Source of the DNA: Candidatus Anstonellaceae archaeon
GTDB lineage: Archaea; Micrarchaeota; Micrarchaeia; Anstonellales; Anstonellaceae
DNA: 64,000 bases
Assembly (NCBI GenBank): GCA_038891035.1
Contig: JAWAEW010000002.1
Location: 22,476 to 86,475 of the forward strand
Direction: 5' to 3'
Shown: one piece after another, positions 19,821-28,856 of the stretch
Position numbering within the stretch: position 1 is the stretch's first letter
Layout of the letters: the number at the start of each line of letters is the position of its first letter
Position numbers and translations under genes: made by a program
The notes under the pieces: model-generated
The model's input: only the letters and a program-made list of their open reading frames with translations
Told to the model about the DNA's origin: nothing
Databases searched by the model: none

Positions 19821-20576
19821 TTAGCGCACTTCTACAGTAACTGGAACCGTAAATGATTGGTTTCCTATTTCTGAGCTCACAAAAATTTCCATATTCAAAT
19901 TATAAATTCCCTCTGCGTTATTATTTGCGGCTATTGACACCAAAAACTGAGTGGGTTCGACCTGAAGCTCGCTGGAAGAGGGAGAAACGTTGATGGATAT
20001 ATCTGAGGGCACCCACGGTAAGTAAATAGATGCAAATGCTAAAGAAGAAATCTTCTTTTCCAGAACTATTGATTCGTTCCTGATTTCTCCCTTTGCCATG
20101 CTAACAAATACTGATGGTCTGCTGATAGAGGCGATATATGGCACAATGAACACTTGCCCTCCTTTTGAAAACAAGTACATTTTGTGGGAGCCGCTTTTAG
20201 TCGGAAAAGAACCGGCCAGATTTGCCTGTGTAGATGCAAAGATATCGCTTTGTCCTACTCGCATATTAATGGTCTTTGGGAGTATGAAGGATGAGACATT
20301 TGCAGGCTTGCCTATATATGTTTTGTTAGGATTAAAATCGATTGTCGGAGGTAGAAAAATTTCAACTATTACTGATGCTCCAGCTCCTTGCGCATAAACC
20401 GTATCTGCTGCAATTGCAAGTCTTCTTACTGAATCATAGGCAAGTTTTTCGTTCTTTTCAATTGAAGCTTCGGATAAAAATGAAAGAGAAAGAGACATGA
20501 ATATGAGAACAACTAAAAGTGAAATTCCCATTATAGTGATAAGTTCTGTTGCTACTTGGCCTATTTTGCTATGCAT
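19821..20576 (-). CDS. pilin-like beta-rich protein, paralog of 18999-19784; first gene of the pilus operon
   Basis: N-terminus KIGQVATELITIMGISLLVV is G-Q-x-x-T-E plus a hydrophobic helix. Paralogy as described for the neighbour. Confidence 0.45.
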   Translation of the reverse strand: MHSKIGQVATELITIMGISLLVVLIFMSLSLSFLSEASIEKNEKLAYDSVRRLAIAADTVYAQGAGASVIVEIFLPPTIDFNPNKTYIGKPANVSSFILPKTINMRVGQSDIFASTQANLAGSFPTKSGSHKMYLFSKGGQVFIVPYIASISRPSVFVSMAKGEIRNESIVLEKKISSLAFASIYLPWVPSDISINVSPSSSELQVEPTQFLVSIAANNNAEGIYNLNMEIFVSSEIGNQSFTVPVTVEVR

Positions 20577-20627
20577 GAGGTATTAGCGAAGCTGTCCTTT
20601 AAATAAATTGTAGCATATTTTAACTTC
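20577..20627. promoter_or_regulatory. 51-bp AT-rich divergent promoter region (TATA-like TTTAAATAAATT) between pilus operon and DNA ligase
   Basis: TTTAAATA lies about 25 nt upstream of the lig ATG, which implies a leaderless transcript. Its reverse complement supplies a TATA-like element about 30 nt upstream of the pilin ATG. Confidence 0.35.
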
Positions 20628-22370
20628 ATGTTATTTTCGCAAGTTGCAGAAATTTTTTCAGAAATCGAACGCGAGCCTTCAAGGCTTGAGATGTCTGCAA
20701 AGATAGCAAATCTTCTTGCAAAGTGCGAGCAAGATGAAATAAGACCACTCATATATATTATGGAGGGGAGTATAGCTCCCCCATACGAAGGATTGGATAT
20801 TGGCATAGGTGAAAAATTTGCCATTCGAGCTATATCTCAAGTAAGTGGGCAGGACCAAAAGATTGTGGAAGGATATTTCAAAAAACTTGGGGACGTGGGC
20901 AGTGCAGCAGAAGAAGTGCTAAAGAGAAAAAAACAAACAAGCTTAGGATTCACACCGAATACTATCCAGAAGGTCTACCAATCCTTTCTGAAAATTGCCA
21001 GGCTTTTTGGACCAGGGTCGCAGGAAGCAAAAATCTCAGTTCTTTCTGAGCTGCTAAATGGGGCTACGCCACTTGAGGCCCGCTACCTTGTCAGGTTTTG
21101 CCTTGGAAAATTGCGGCTTGGAATTGGGGATCCGACAATAATTGATGCCCTTTCGATGCTGAAAAAAGGCAGCAAAGAAGACAAGGATATGATTGAACGT
21201 GCATTCAATTTATGCTCGGATATGGGAGAGGTAGCCCAAGCTTATTTGGCAGGAAAAGATTTGTCAAAATTTACTCCTACCCCTGGCAAACCCATCAGAC
21301 CTGCACTTGCTGAAAGACTCTCTTCGGCTGAGGAGATATTAGAAAAAATGGGTGGGAAATGTGCAGTTGAAGCAAAGTATGATGGGTTGAGAATGCAGGT
21401 CCACGTATATGACAAGAAAGTTGAAATTTTTTCCCGCAGACTCGAAAAAATGACTGAGATGTTCCCTGAGATTACAGAGGCTGCAAAGGATCTGAAAATC
21501 CAACAAATAATATTTGAAGGTGAGGCTCTTGCATACAGCAAAAAGGAAAAAAGGTACATGTCATTTCAAGAGACAATTCAGCGGAAGAGAAAATACGGCG
21601 TAGATATGATGGCTAAAGAATTCCCTTTGCAACTTTTTGTTTTTGATGTTTTATATATAGATGGAAAGGACATGACACTTCAACCGTATAAGGAAAGAAG
21701 GATGAAGCTGGAGCGAATCTTTTCAAAATCAACGGTTTTGGTTCCTGCCCAGCAAATAATAGTTGAAAGCAAAAAGCAGCTGGAAGAATATTTCCAAAAA
21801 TGCGTGCTTGAAGGACTAGAGGGGGTCATAGCAAAGGATCTGGAGCAACCGTATATTGCAGGTGCCAGAAAATTTGCTTGGATAAAGCTCAAGAAGTCTT
21901 ATGGTGAGATGGTAGATACTATTGATGCAATAATAGTTGGCTATTACTTAGGCAAAGGGCAGAGGAAGGAATTCGAATTTGGTGGGCTGCTGGCAGCTGT
22001 ATTGAATGCTGAAAGCGGCAATCTTGAAACTATAGCAAAAATTGGAAGCGGATTTTCAGAGGAAGAAATGAAAAACTTGGAGAGCATGCTTAGCAAGATC
22101 AGAATAAAACAAAAGCCACCAGAAGTTATTTCAGAACTGGAGCCAGATTTCTGGGTTGAACCCAAATATGTGGTGACAGTTGCCGCAGATGAGATAACTC
22201 TTTCTCCTGTACACACATGCGGAAAAGAAGAAAATCCAGAGGCAAAAGGATATGCACTCAGATTCCCAAGAATGATAAGCATTAGGCAAGACAAAGGGCC
22301 TGATGAAGCAACTACTACCCAAGAAATTCTAAGAATGTATAAGATGCAGAAAAAAAGGGACCTTAATTAG
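20628..22370 (+). CDS. lig: ATP-dependent DNA ligase
   Basis: 580 aa with the KYDG adenylation motif (EAKYDGLRMQVH) and OB-fold C-terminus. Archaeal Lig size. Confidence 0.9.
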   Translation: MLFSQVAEIFSEIEREPSRLEMSAKIANLLAKCEQDEIRPLIYIMEGSIAPPYEGLDIGIGEKFAIRAISQVSGQDQKIVEGYFKKLGDVGSAAEEVLKRKKQTSLGFTPNTIQKVYQSFLKIARLFGPGSQEAKISVLSELLNGATPLEARYLVRFCLGKLRLGIGDPTIIDALSMLKKGSKEDKDMIERAFNLCSDMGEVAQAYLAGKDLSKFTPTPGKPIRPALAERLSSAEEILEKMGGKCAVEAKYDGLRMQVHVYDKKVEIFSRRLEKMTEMFPEITEAAKDLKIQQIIFEGEALAYSKKEKRYMSFQETIQRKRKYGVDMMAKEFPLQLFVFDVLYIDGKDMTLQPYKERRMKLERIFSKSTVLVPAQQIIVESKKQLEEYFQKCVLEGLEGVIAKDLEQPYIAGARKFAWIKLKKSYGEMVDTIDAIIVGYYLGKGQRKEFEFGGLLAAVLNAESGNLETIAKIGSGFSEEEMKNLESMLSKIRIKQKPPEVISELEPDFWVEPKYVVTVAADEITLSPVHTCGKEENPEAKGYALRFPRMISIRQDKGPDEATTTQEILRMYKMQKKRDLN

Positions 22371-23008
22371 TTAAGATGGGCAAACATATATGGAAATATT
22401 TTGAAGGTCCTGTGAAGGATATAAAATGGAAACTACCATCGATTATTCATAAACTCAATTTTACTGTTAAATTATACCTAACGCCTTATTTCCAATGTCC
22501 CAAAGCACTCAAAGTTATTATTTGGTGCATATTTGGAAATGGCCATCGATAGTCGACTCTACGGTATAATAGACTTTCAATTGATTCTGTCATTCTACTA
22601 AATGACAAATATAAACAATTGCCCGATAAACCGTTCCGAAAAGAATGACATTTTTATTTCCCCACTAAGCCTTCTATCCTCGTAACTCGATATAATATGG
22701 AAGTTTGGCAGACAAAAAGCGAAGCATATGAATTTAAGTTAGGCCAGATTACTCAAATCCTTTCAATACTTCAACAATTATTGAATTTTCACTTCCGAAG
22801 GAATCAGTGGCAACTATATTCTTGCTGATGCATTTGCCAAGAAAGTTGAAACGATTGTTGACTAAGATTTGCAAGAAGGAAGATACAAAACCGAAACCAA
22901 GGGATATATTTCTACAAATTGAAAGCCAGAACCTGTAGGAATAAAGTATTCAGCAAAAATCTCTACGTAGTGCAAATAATTTAAGGATAGTAGAAAAAAG
23001 ATACAAAT

Positions 23009-23851
23009 ATGGTTCAAATATTCGTAAAAAAAGCAGATGGGACAAGAGAGCTTCTTGACTACAACAAAATAAGGAATGCGCTCAGAAAGGCAGGAGCAAA
23101 CAACCAACTTGCTGACGAAATAGTAGATGCAATTATCCCTAGAATAAAAAATAACATGTCAACTGGTGAGATATACAAGATGGCTTATGAGGAACTTGCA
23201 CAGGTTAGACCAGGTGCTGCGGCCAGGTTTGGGTTAAGAAACGCCCTGCTGAAACTTGGTCCGGACGGCTATCCTTTTGAGACTTTTATAGGTGCACTTT
23301 TGAAAGGAAGAGGGTATCAAACTCAATTGAGGCAGGTTCTTGCTGGTAAATGCATCCAGCATGAAATTGACGTAATTGCTACACGCGGAGAATATGAAGG
23401 CCATCCTCCTACAAAATGTATAATTGAATGCAAATTTCATAATTCTATACACTATGAATGCCACATCCAAGCTGCGCTCTATACTTGGGCACGGTATTTG
23501 GATGTGAAGGAGAACAATCCCGACATAAAAAATTGCTGGCTTGTAACCAATACTAAATTTTCTATGGATGTAATAACATATGCAAACTGTGTAGGGTTGA
23601 AGCTTCTGGGATGGAGCTTTCCAAAAGATGAAAGCTTACAGATCAGAATAGAAGAAAATAAGCTTTATCCCATCACGCTTATGCCCAGCTTAAGCCGGCA
23701 CACGTTTACTATTTTGCACAATGCAGGGATAATAACGATAAAAGAATTCTTGGCAAAAGATGATGAATTCCTCCGCGAATTGAGCTTGAGTGGGAAAGAG
23801 ATCATGAAATTGCGGCACGAAGCAAAGATGATTATGTCGTCGAGAGGCTGA
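23009..23851 (+). CDS. ATP-cone domain fused to Mrr-like PD-(D/E)xK restriction-endonuclease domain
   Basis: The N-terminus MVQIFVKKADGTRELLDYNKIRNALRKAG is an ATP-cone of the kind in NrdR and ribonucleotide reductase. The middle has FETFIGALLKGRGY...HEIDVIATRG...KCIIECKF, which is the Mrr_cat pattern (D...E-x-K). Confidence 0.55.
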   Translation: MVQIFVKKADGTRELLDYNKIRNALRKAGANNQLADEIVDAIIPRIKNNMSTGEIYKMAYEELAQVRPGAAARFGLRNALLKLGPDGYPFETFIGALLKGRGYQTQLRQVLAGKCIQHEIDVIATRGEYEGHPPTKCIIECKFHNSIHYECHIQAALYTWARYLDVKENNPDIKNCWLVTNTKFSMDVITYANCVGLKLLGWSFPKDESLQIRIEENKLYPITLMPSLSRHTFTILHNAGIITIKEFLAKDDEFLRELSLSGKEIMKLRHEAKMIMSSRG

Positions 23852-23856
23852 GAAAA

Positions 23857-24372
23857 ATGCCACTAAAAAAGATCATAGATAAAAAAATTCACTTTTTGTC
23901 CACACAAAAAGCAGTGCTTATGTCGAAAATAAAAATACATACTGAAGGGTATGCAAAAAGAGGAGAAAAACTTTTTTTGGAAATCGAATTAAATCTTCCT
24001 CAGCCATTAAAAGCAAGAAAGTTGGAAGTGACCCTCAACTGTATTCAAATAAAGAAAAGCAAAACTATGACTGAGATGCATGTGTTTGATCGTATGGAGG
24101 AAAAAGAGTTGGGGATTCCTCATCAGACGCACATGAGAGAGAGGACTTCCATAATTGAGAAAGTGGCTTATAAGCAAACCAAAAAGCTAGATGGCGAACG
24201 TTTATACGAAAGTGCAAAATATAGCGTAGATTTTGATATCCCGAATAATTCGCTGCCCACCATCAAACATTTTGATGCACATGGGCGCAAGGTTGGTTGG
24301 TTTGTAGTGGCAAAGCTGGACGTGCCTCTTGCTTTGGACATTGTCGCAAAAAAAGAGATAATTGTTGAATGA
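23857..24372 (+). CDS. hypothetical protein (co-operonic with ATP-cone/Mrr gene)
   Basis: ORF 5 nt downstream on the same strand. No recognisable motifs. Confidence 0.3.
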   Translation: MPLKKIIDKKIHFLSTQKAVLMSKIKIHTEGYAKRGEKLFLEIELNLPQPLKARKLEVTLNCIQIKKSKTMTEMHVFDRMEEKELGIPHQTHMRERTSIIEKVAYKQTKKLDGERLYESAKYSVDFDIPNNSLPTIKHFDAHGRKVGWFVVAKLDVPLALDIVAKKEIIVE

Positions 24373-24615
24373 AACGAGATACTCTTTTAGTTATCATTTT
24401 TTGTTTTTGATGCAGAAGTAAGCAAGGTATGGCAGAAGGATAAAGCACCTCCAACGATGCGATATGATTGAATAATACTATGCTGGTTGATGTGATGAAA
24501 CAAGGATATCTTAACAAATGGAGTTTTTCAAAATGGTTCTGACACATAAATCGCTGGTTGGCATCCCTGACTGGAAGGTAAAATAATTTAAAAGATTAGG
24601 CAGCAAAGCCAACAT

Positions 24616-26007
24616 ATGGTTTCATCTGATGCGTCAAATGCAAAAAAAGGGATCGTCTATATTGTTGCTTTGCTTGTTTCATCTTTGATTCTTAATGTAG
24701 GGCTGGGTTTGAACATCAAGCAGACCATAGCAACTGCACTTGTGCTTGGGCTTGTGCTTGGCACTGTGCTCTTTTGGGATATAAGGCTTGCTTTTGCACT
24801 AATTGGATCTTTTGTACTGATAAGCTTTGGTCTGCTTGGAATTGAAAAATTCATAGAGTTTTCTTCTTTGAATATTATTCTTTTTCTTGCAGGCATGATG
24901 CTTTTTATTGGATATTTGGAAAAGAGAGCTTTCTTTGAATATTTGATCTTCAGAGTTATGAAATATATAGGTGGCGGGGGTTTGCGCCTTGTATTTGTAA
25001 TTCTGTTTTTTTCTGCATTTTTTGCTGCAATAGTTGATGAGGTAACCTCAATACTTTTCATGCTGTCAATTGTACTTTCCCTGTGTGCAAGATTGAGAGT
25101 CAATCCGATACCTTTTGTGATGATGACTGTTTTTGCAACGAATATTGGAAGCAGTGCAACCGCAATAGGAAATCCAGTGGGAGTCATGATTGCGTTGAGT
25201 GCAAAGCTTTCATTCATAGATTTTTTGGAGCATGCAACAATAATTGCATTATTTGCTTTTATTGTGATGTTTATCACTGTTTTTTTCATTTTCCGCAAAG
25301 AGATTCTCGAATTTGCAGAACGCTCGCGTGAGATTGCGATAGGTGACATCTTCGAAGGCCATGCATTTGGAAACAAGATTATAACCGGCTTATTCTTCTT
25401 GGTGGTGTTTGGGGCCTTGGTGCTCCATACCCAGCTGGAAAATGCATTAGGGCTTGAAAAGAATGCTATGCTTCTTGGTGTTGCACTTGGTGCAGGAGGC
25501 GTAGCGTTGCTTGCTGAAAGGAGGGAAGCGCGCCACTTTGTTGAAACAAAGATAGATTGGTGGACACTATTTTTCTTTATGCTTCTTTTTGCTTCGGTTG
25601 GTGCATTGGAGCAGTCCGGAGTAATGGAGATTGCCGCAAAAGCATTCTCATCTATATTTGGAGGAGAGAAAGGCCTTGCCTCTGCGGCAATAATGATAAT
25701 TTCTGGTTTGCTTTCTGCTGCGCTTGACAATGTGCTTGCGGTTGCTGTTTTTATACCACTGGTACATGATTTGCAGACTACTCATATCGGAGGAACATAT
25801 TTGTGGTGGTCACTTCTCTTCGGCGCAACTTTGTTTGGCAATCTTACTATGATCGGAAGTACTGCAAATATAATTGCGCTTGGGATTTTAGAAAAGAGAG
25901 GATTGCCTAGAGTCTCATTTTTTGAATGGCTTAATGCAGGAATAAAAGTAACAGTTCCAACAGTAATAGTTGCTTTTGTTATGATATATCTGCAATATTT
26001 GATATGA
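24616..26007 (+). CDS. ArsB/NhaD-superfamily (CitMHS-like) anion/cation permease
   Basis: About 12 TM helices. Duplicated motifs TNIGSSATAIGNPVGVMIAL and GSTANIIALGIL are typical of ArsB_NhaD permeases. Confidence 0.55.
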   Translation: MVSSDASNAKKGIVYIVALLVSSLILNVGLGLNIKQTIATALVLGLVLGTVLFWDIRLAFALIGSFVLISFGLLGIEKFIEFSSLNIILFLAGMMLFIGYLEKRAFFEYLIFRVMKYIGGGGLRLVFVILFFSAFFAAIVDEVTSILFMLSIVLSLCARLRVNPIPFVMMTVFATNIGSSATAIGNPVGVMIALSAKLSFIDFLEHATIIALFAFIVMFITVFFIFRKEILEFAERSREIAIGDIFEGHAFGNKIITGLFFLVVFGALVLHTQLENALGLEKNAMLLGVALGAGGVALLAERREARHFVETKIDWWTLFFFMLLFASVGALEQSGVMEIAAKAFSSIFGGEKGLASAAIMIISGLLSAALDNVLAVAVFIPLVHDLQTTHIGGTYLWWSLLFGATLFGNLTMIGSTANIIALGILEKRGLPRVSFFEWLNAGIKVTVPTVIVAFVMIYLQYLI

Positions 26008-26017
26008 GGTAGAGGGT

Positions 26018-26473
26018 ATGAAAGTAATCAAAAGGGATGGGAGATTACAGGATTTTGATATGAAAAAAATAGAAAGTGCTTTATCAAGAAGTGGTGAAAA
26101 AAAGCATGCAAAAAGAATTGCGCAGATAGTTGCCAAAAAGCTAAAAGGAAAAGAGCAAGTTCCTAGTGCATTGATTAGAGAGCTTGTAATTGCTGAGCTC
26201 CAAGCATGCAAGGAATGCAAAGCTGAGAACTTCATTAATTTCAGAAAAGCAGTCAGAAAACTGTCAAGTCAAGATGAATATTTGGAAAATAGGGTACGCG
26301 ATTTGGTAGGAAAGAATGGGAATGTAGAAGGAGTGTATGGCGGATTCAGGATAACTGTGACCGACCCTGATGAATTTGATTTCTGTGGGGTTTTTCTTGA
26401 ACTTCTCAAAACCTCAAAGTTTAGCATAAGTGTAGAGATGCAGGATGAAAAAATAGTAATTATTGCCAGATGA
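26018..26473 (+). CDS. stand-alone ATP-cone domain protein with uncharacterised C-terminal domain
   Basis: MKVIKRDGRLQDFDMKKIESALSRSGEKKHAKRIAQIV is an ATP-cone. No Zn ribbon, unlike NrdR. Confidence 0.5.
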   Translation: MKVIKRDGRLQDFDMKKIESALSRSGEKKHAKRIAQIVAKKLKGKEQVPSALIRELVIAELQACKECKAENFINFRKAVRKLSSQDEYLENRVRDLVGKNGNVEGVYGGFRITVTDPDEFDFCGVFLELLKTSKFSISVEMQDEKIVIIAR

Positions 26474-26501
26474 AGTACGCTCTTCAAAACAAAATCTCCA
26501 A

Positions 26502-27464
26502 TTACAGGACTTCACGAAGCTGCAAAGTAAATATTGTGAAAAGGTAAAGAAAGTAAAGCATTACCATTATCAAACCACGATTTCTTGAAAATACTCTATT
26601 TGAAAGAGAAAAGTAAAGAAAGATGAAATTGGCAACTATTGCAAAAATCAAAGCAACAATAAAAATGCTCAATTGAACTGTAACAGGGAATACAACTGCT
26701 GCAGCACCAAGCGCAAGGGTCATAGTAGACATGTTAGCTCCGATTGCATCACCTATCGCAAGCCCATATTGCTTGCGTTTTATTGCCTGCAAGCCGATAG
26801 AAATTTCCGGAAGAGAAGTACCTACGGCAATAATTGTTGCACCTACAAAGCTTTTTGCCAATCCTGCCACATCTGCCAAACGTACCGCAGAATCTACTAC
26901 CAGATTGGAACTTATCAAAACTGCAAGGATGCCTATGCTAAAAAAGATGAATGCCTTCAGTCCTTCCTGGCGGCTCATCCTCGGGTTTACATGATGAGAG
27001 AGGAATTTCTTTTGCTTAAGCATTCTATTTGCATACCACAAAAAGACCAAAATCAGCAAGACTCCTTCCAGAAAACCTAAAGCAGTGCCGCTTATTTCAG
27101 AATGCAAAAGGATGTATGCTGAAATAATTGTGGTAGTCAGCAGGACAAGAGCAATATCCTGCATGTTTTCTTTTGGAACCTGAAAGCCGTAAAGAAATGC
27201 CGCAATGCCAAGAAGAAGTAGTATGTTCGTAATGTTCGAACCGAACACGTTGCCTGCAGCAATTGAACTTTCCTTTGCACTGGAGGATGCAACTGAAACT
27301 GCAAGCTCAGGAAGCGAGGTTGAAACCGCAACCAGAAGCATTCCAATTGTAAGGGTGCTTATGCCAAAAAATACCGAGAGCTTTTCTGCATTTTCAACGA
27401 CAATGCTTGCGGATTTGGAAAGCAGTGCTAAAAAGAGTATGAGTAGCAAAAGCTCTGAAAACAT
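26502..27464 (-). CDS. Ca2+/Na+ antiporter (CaCA/YrbG family)
   Basis: Two alpha-repeat motifs, GNVFGSNITNILLLLG and GDAIGANMSTMTLALG. 320 aa, 10 TM. Confidence 0.75.
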   Translation of the reverse strand: MFSELLLLILFLALLSKSASIVVENAEKLSVFFGISTLTIGMLLVAVSTSLPELAVSVASSSAKESSIAAGNVFGSNITNILLLLGIAAFLYGFQVPKENMQDIALVLLTTTIISAYILLHSEISGTALGFLEGVLLILVFLWYANRMLKQKKFLSHHVNPRMSRQEGLKAFIFFSIGILAVLISSNLVVDSAVRLADVAGLAKSFVGATIIAVGTSLPEISIGLQAIKRKQYGLAIGDAIGANMSTMTLALGAAAVVFPVTVQLSIFIVALIFAIVANFIFLYFSLSNRVFSRNRGLIMVMLYFLYLFTIFTLQLREVL

Positions 27465-27578
27465 GAGGGCATTAAACTCTCAAAGAATATTTAATACTTG
27501 CAGAAATTTGAATGCTGCCTTTGTGCTTTCTGGAAACATTTAAATACTTGTAAGCTGAATTTTGTTGCGGCGATCAGT

Positions 27579-28640
27579 ATGGACAGCCTTGTGAAGTCCG
27601 TGCTAGGAGAGCAAGAGCCAGCTCCGACAGAAAATTTTGGCTCAGACCAGATTAAGATTGTGACAGTTGGAGTAGGCGGCGGCGGAAACAACACTATAAA
27701 CCGCCTTATTCGCTCGGGAGTCAAGGGGTGCGAGCTAATTGCGGTGAATACCGACAGGCAGCACCTCAATATGATTCACGAGAAAGCCAAGAAAATCCTT
27801 ATCGGTAAGACTATTACCAAAGGACTTGGCGCAGGCGGATACCCAGAAACCGGTGCAAAGGCCGCAGAAATTGACAGACCACTGATAGAAAAGGAGCTTG
27901 AAGGGGCCCACTTGTGCTTTATTTGCGCAGGTATGGGCGGAGGCACAGGCACTGGAGCAGCACCTGTCATTGCAGAGATTGCAAAGGAGCAAGGTGCTAT
28001 CGTAGTTGCCATGGTGACCTATCCGTTCAACCTCGAGCGCGCAAGGCGGGCAAAGGCAGACGAAGGTATTGCAAAGCTTCGCAAGCACGTCGATTCTGTA
28101 ATAGTGCTTGACAATAACAGGCTGGTGAAACTTGTTCCAAATCTGCCGATGAATGAGGCTTTTGCAGTAGCAGACGAGATTCTTGCAAAGGCAGTCGGTG
28201 GATTAGTCTGGACAATTACACAGCCATCATTGATTAACATTGATTTTGCAGATGTCCGCTCTATTGTGCAGGGTGGAGGAGTCGGCTTCATTGCAGTAGG
28301 AGAAGGGAAAGGCACTGACAAAGTCCGCGGAGCAGCAGAAGGTGTGCTTAAGAACAAGCTGCTGGACGTGGACTATGAAGGAGCAAACGGCGCGCTGATT
28401 CACATCTCAGGCGGAGCAGATCTCACACTTGGGGATGCCATTAAAGCAGGTGAAATAATCACCGAAAAGATGGATCCGCAAGCAAATGTCAAGTGGGGTG
28501 CAAGACTCATACCTGGCTATGACGGCAAGCTTGAAATAGTCGCCATAGTGACTGGGGTGAAAGGCGCAAATGTTTTTGGTGCATCTTCAGATGAACCAAG
28601 AAAAGAAGTCTCCTACTCTGACATAGAGATAATTGGATAG
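27579..28640 (+). CDS. ftsZ: cell division GTPase FtsZ (paralog 1)
   Basis: GGGGNN tubulin signature, GGGTGTG T4 loop, NLE. Start set at MDSLVKS (ATG 27579) rather than the upstream alternative start used by the track. Confidence 0.9.
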   Translation: MDSLVKSVLGEQEPAPTENFGSDQIKIVTVGVGGGGNNTINRLIRSGVKGCELIAVNTDRQHLNMIHEKAKKILIGKTITKGLGAGGYPETGAKAAEIDRPLIEKELEGAHLCFICAGMGGGTGTGAAPVIAEIAKEQGAIVVAMVTYPFNLERARRAKADEGIAKLRKHVDSVIVLDNNRLVKLVPNLPMNEAFAVADEILAKAVGGLVWTITQPSLINIDFADVRSIVQGGGVGFIAVGEGKGTDKVRGAAEGVLKNKLLDVDYEGANGALIHISGGADLTLGDAIKAGEIITEKMDPQANVKWGARLIPGYDGKLEIVAIVTGVKGANVFGASSDEPRKEVSYSDIEIIG

Positions 28641-28659
28641 ACGGCTTTTTTAACTCGGA

Positions 28660-28710
28660 GGCGCAAGGCATGTTTCCAACCCCGCTGCTTTGCGCCTTTT
28701 GTATTTTTTA
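28660..28710 (+). terminator. hairpin (7-bp GC stem GGCGCAA/TTGCGCC) followed by T-tract downstream of ftsZ1
   Basis: Seen directly at 28660-28696. TTTTGTATTTTTT follows at 28697-28709. Confidence 0.35.
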
Positions 28711-28856
28711 GAACGCGAGCGTTTTGAAATTCGTAATCTATTTAAATCTAATCAGCGTATGATGAGTAGGCGACCAGGATGTGCAGCGAATTATCGAGGA
28801 AGAATATGATAAAAACTTCTAGCGTAAGCTGCACAGAATGGAAGTAAAGAAAGTTT

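Noticed and set aside
22371-23008. Mobile element or prophage remnant in the large non-coding gap
   Set aside because: No integrase or transposase fragments, no flanking direct or inverted repeats that I could see, and no adjacent tRNA.
24657-25730. 357-aa minus-strand ORF antisense to the ArsB/NhaD permease
   Set aside because: Low-complexity Ala/Ser/Pro-rich translation with no motifs. The plus-strand frame has a clear transporter signature. Long antisense ORFs of this kind are expected by chance opposite moderately GC-rich, hydrophobic coding sequence.
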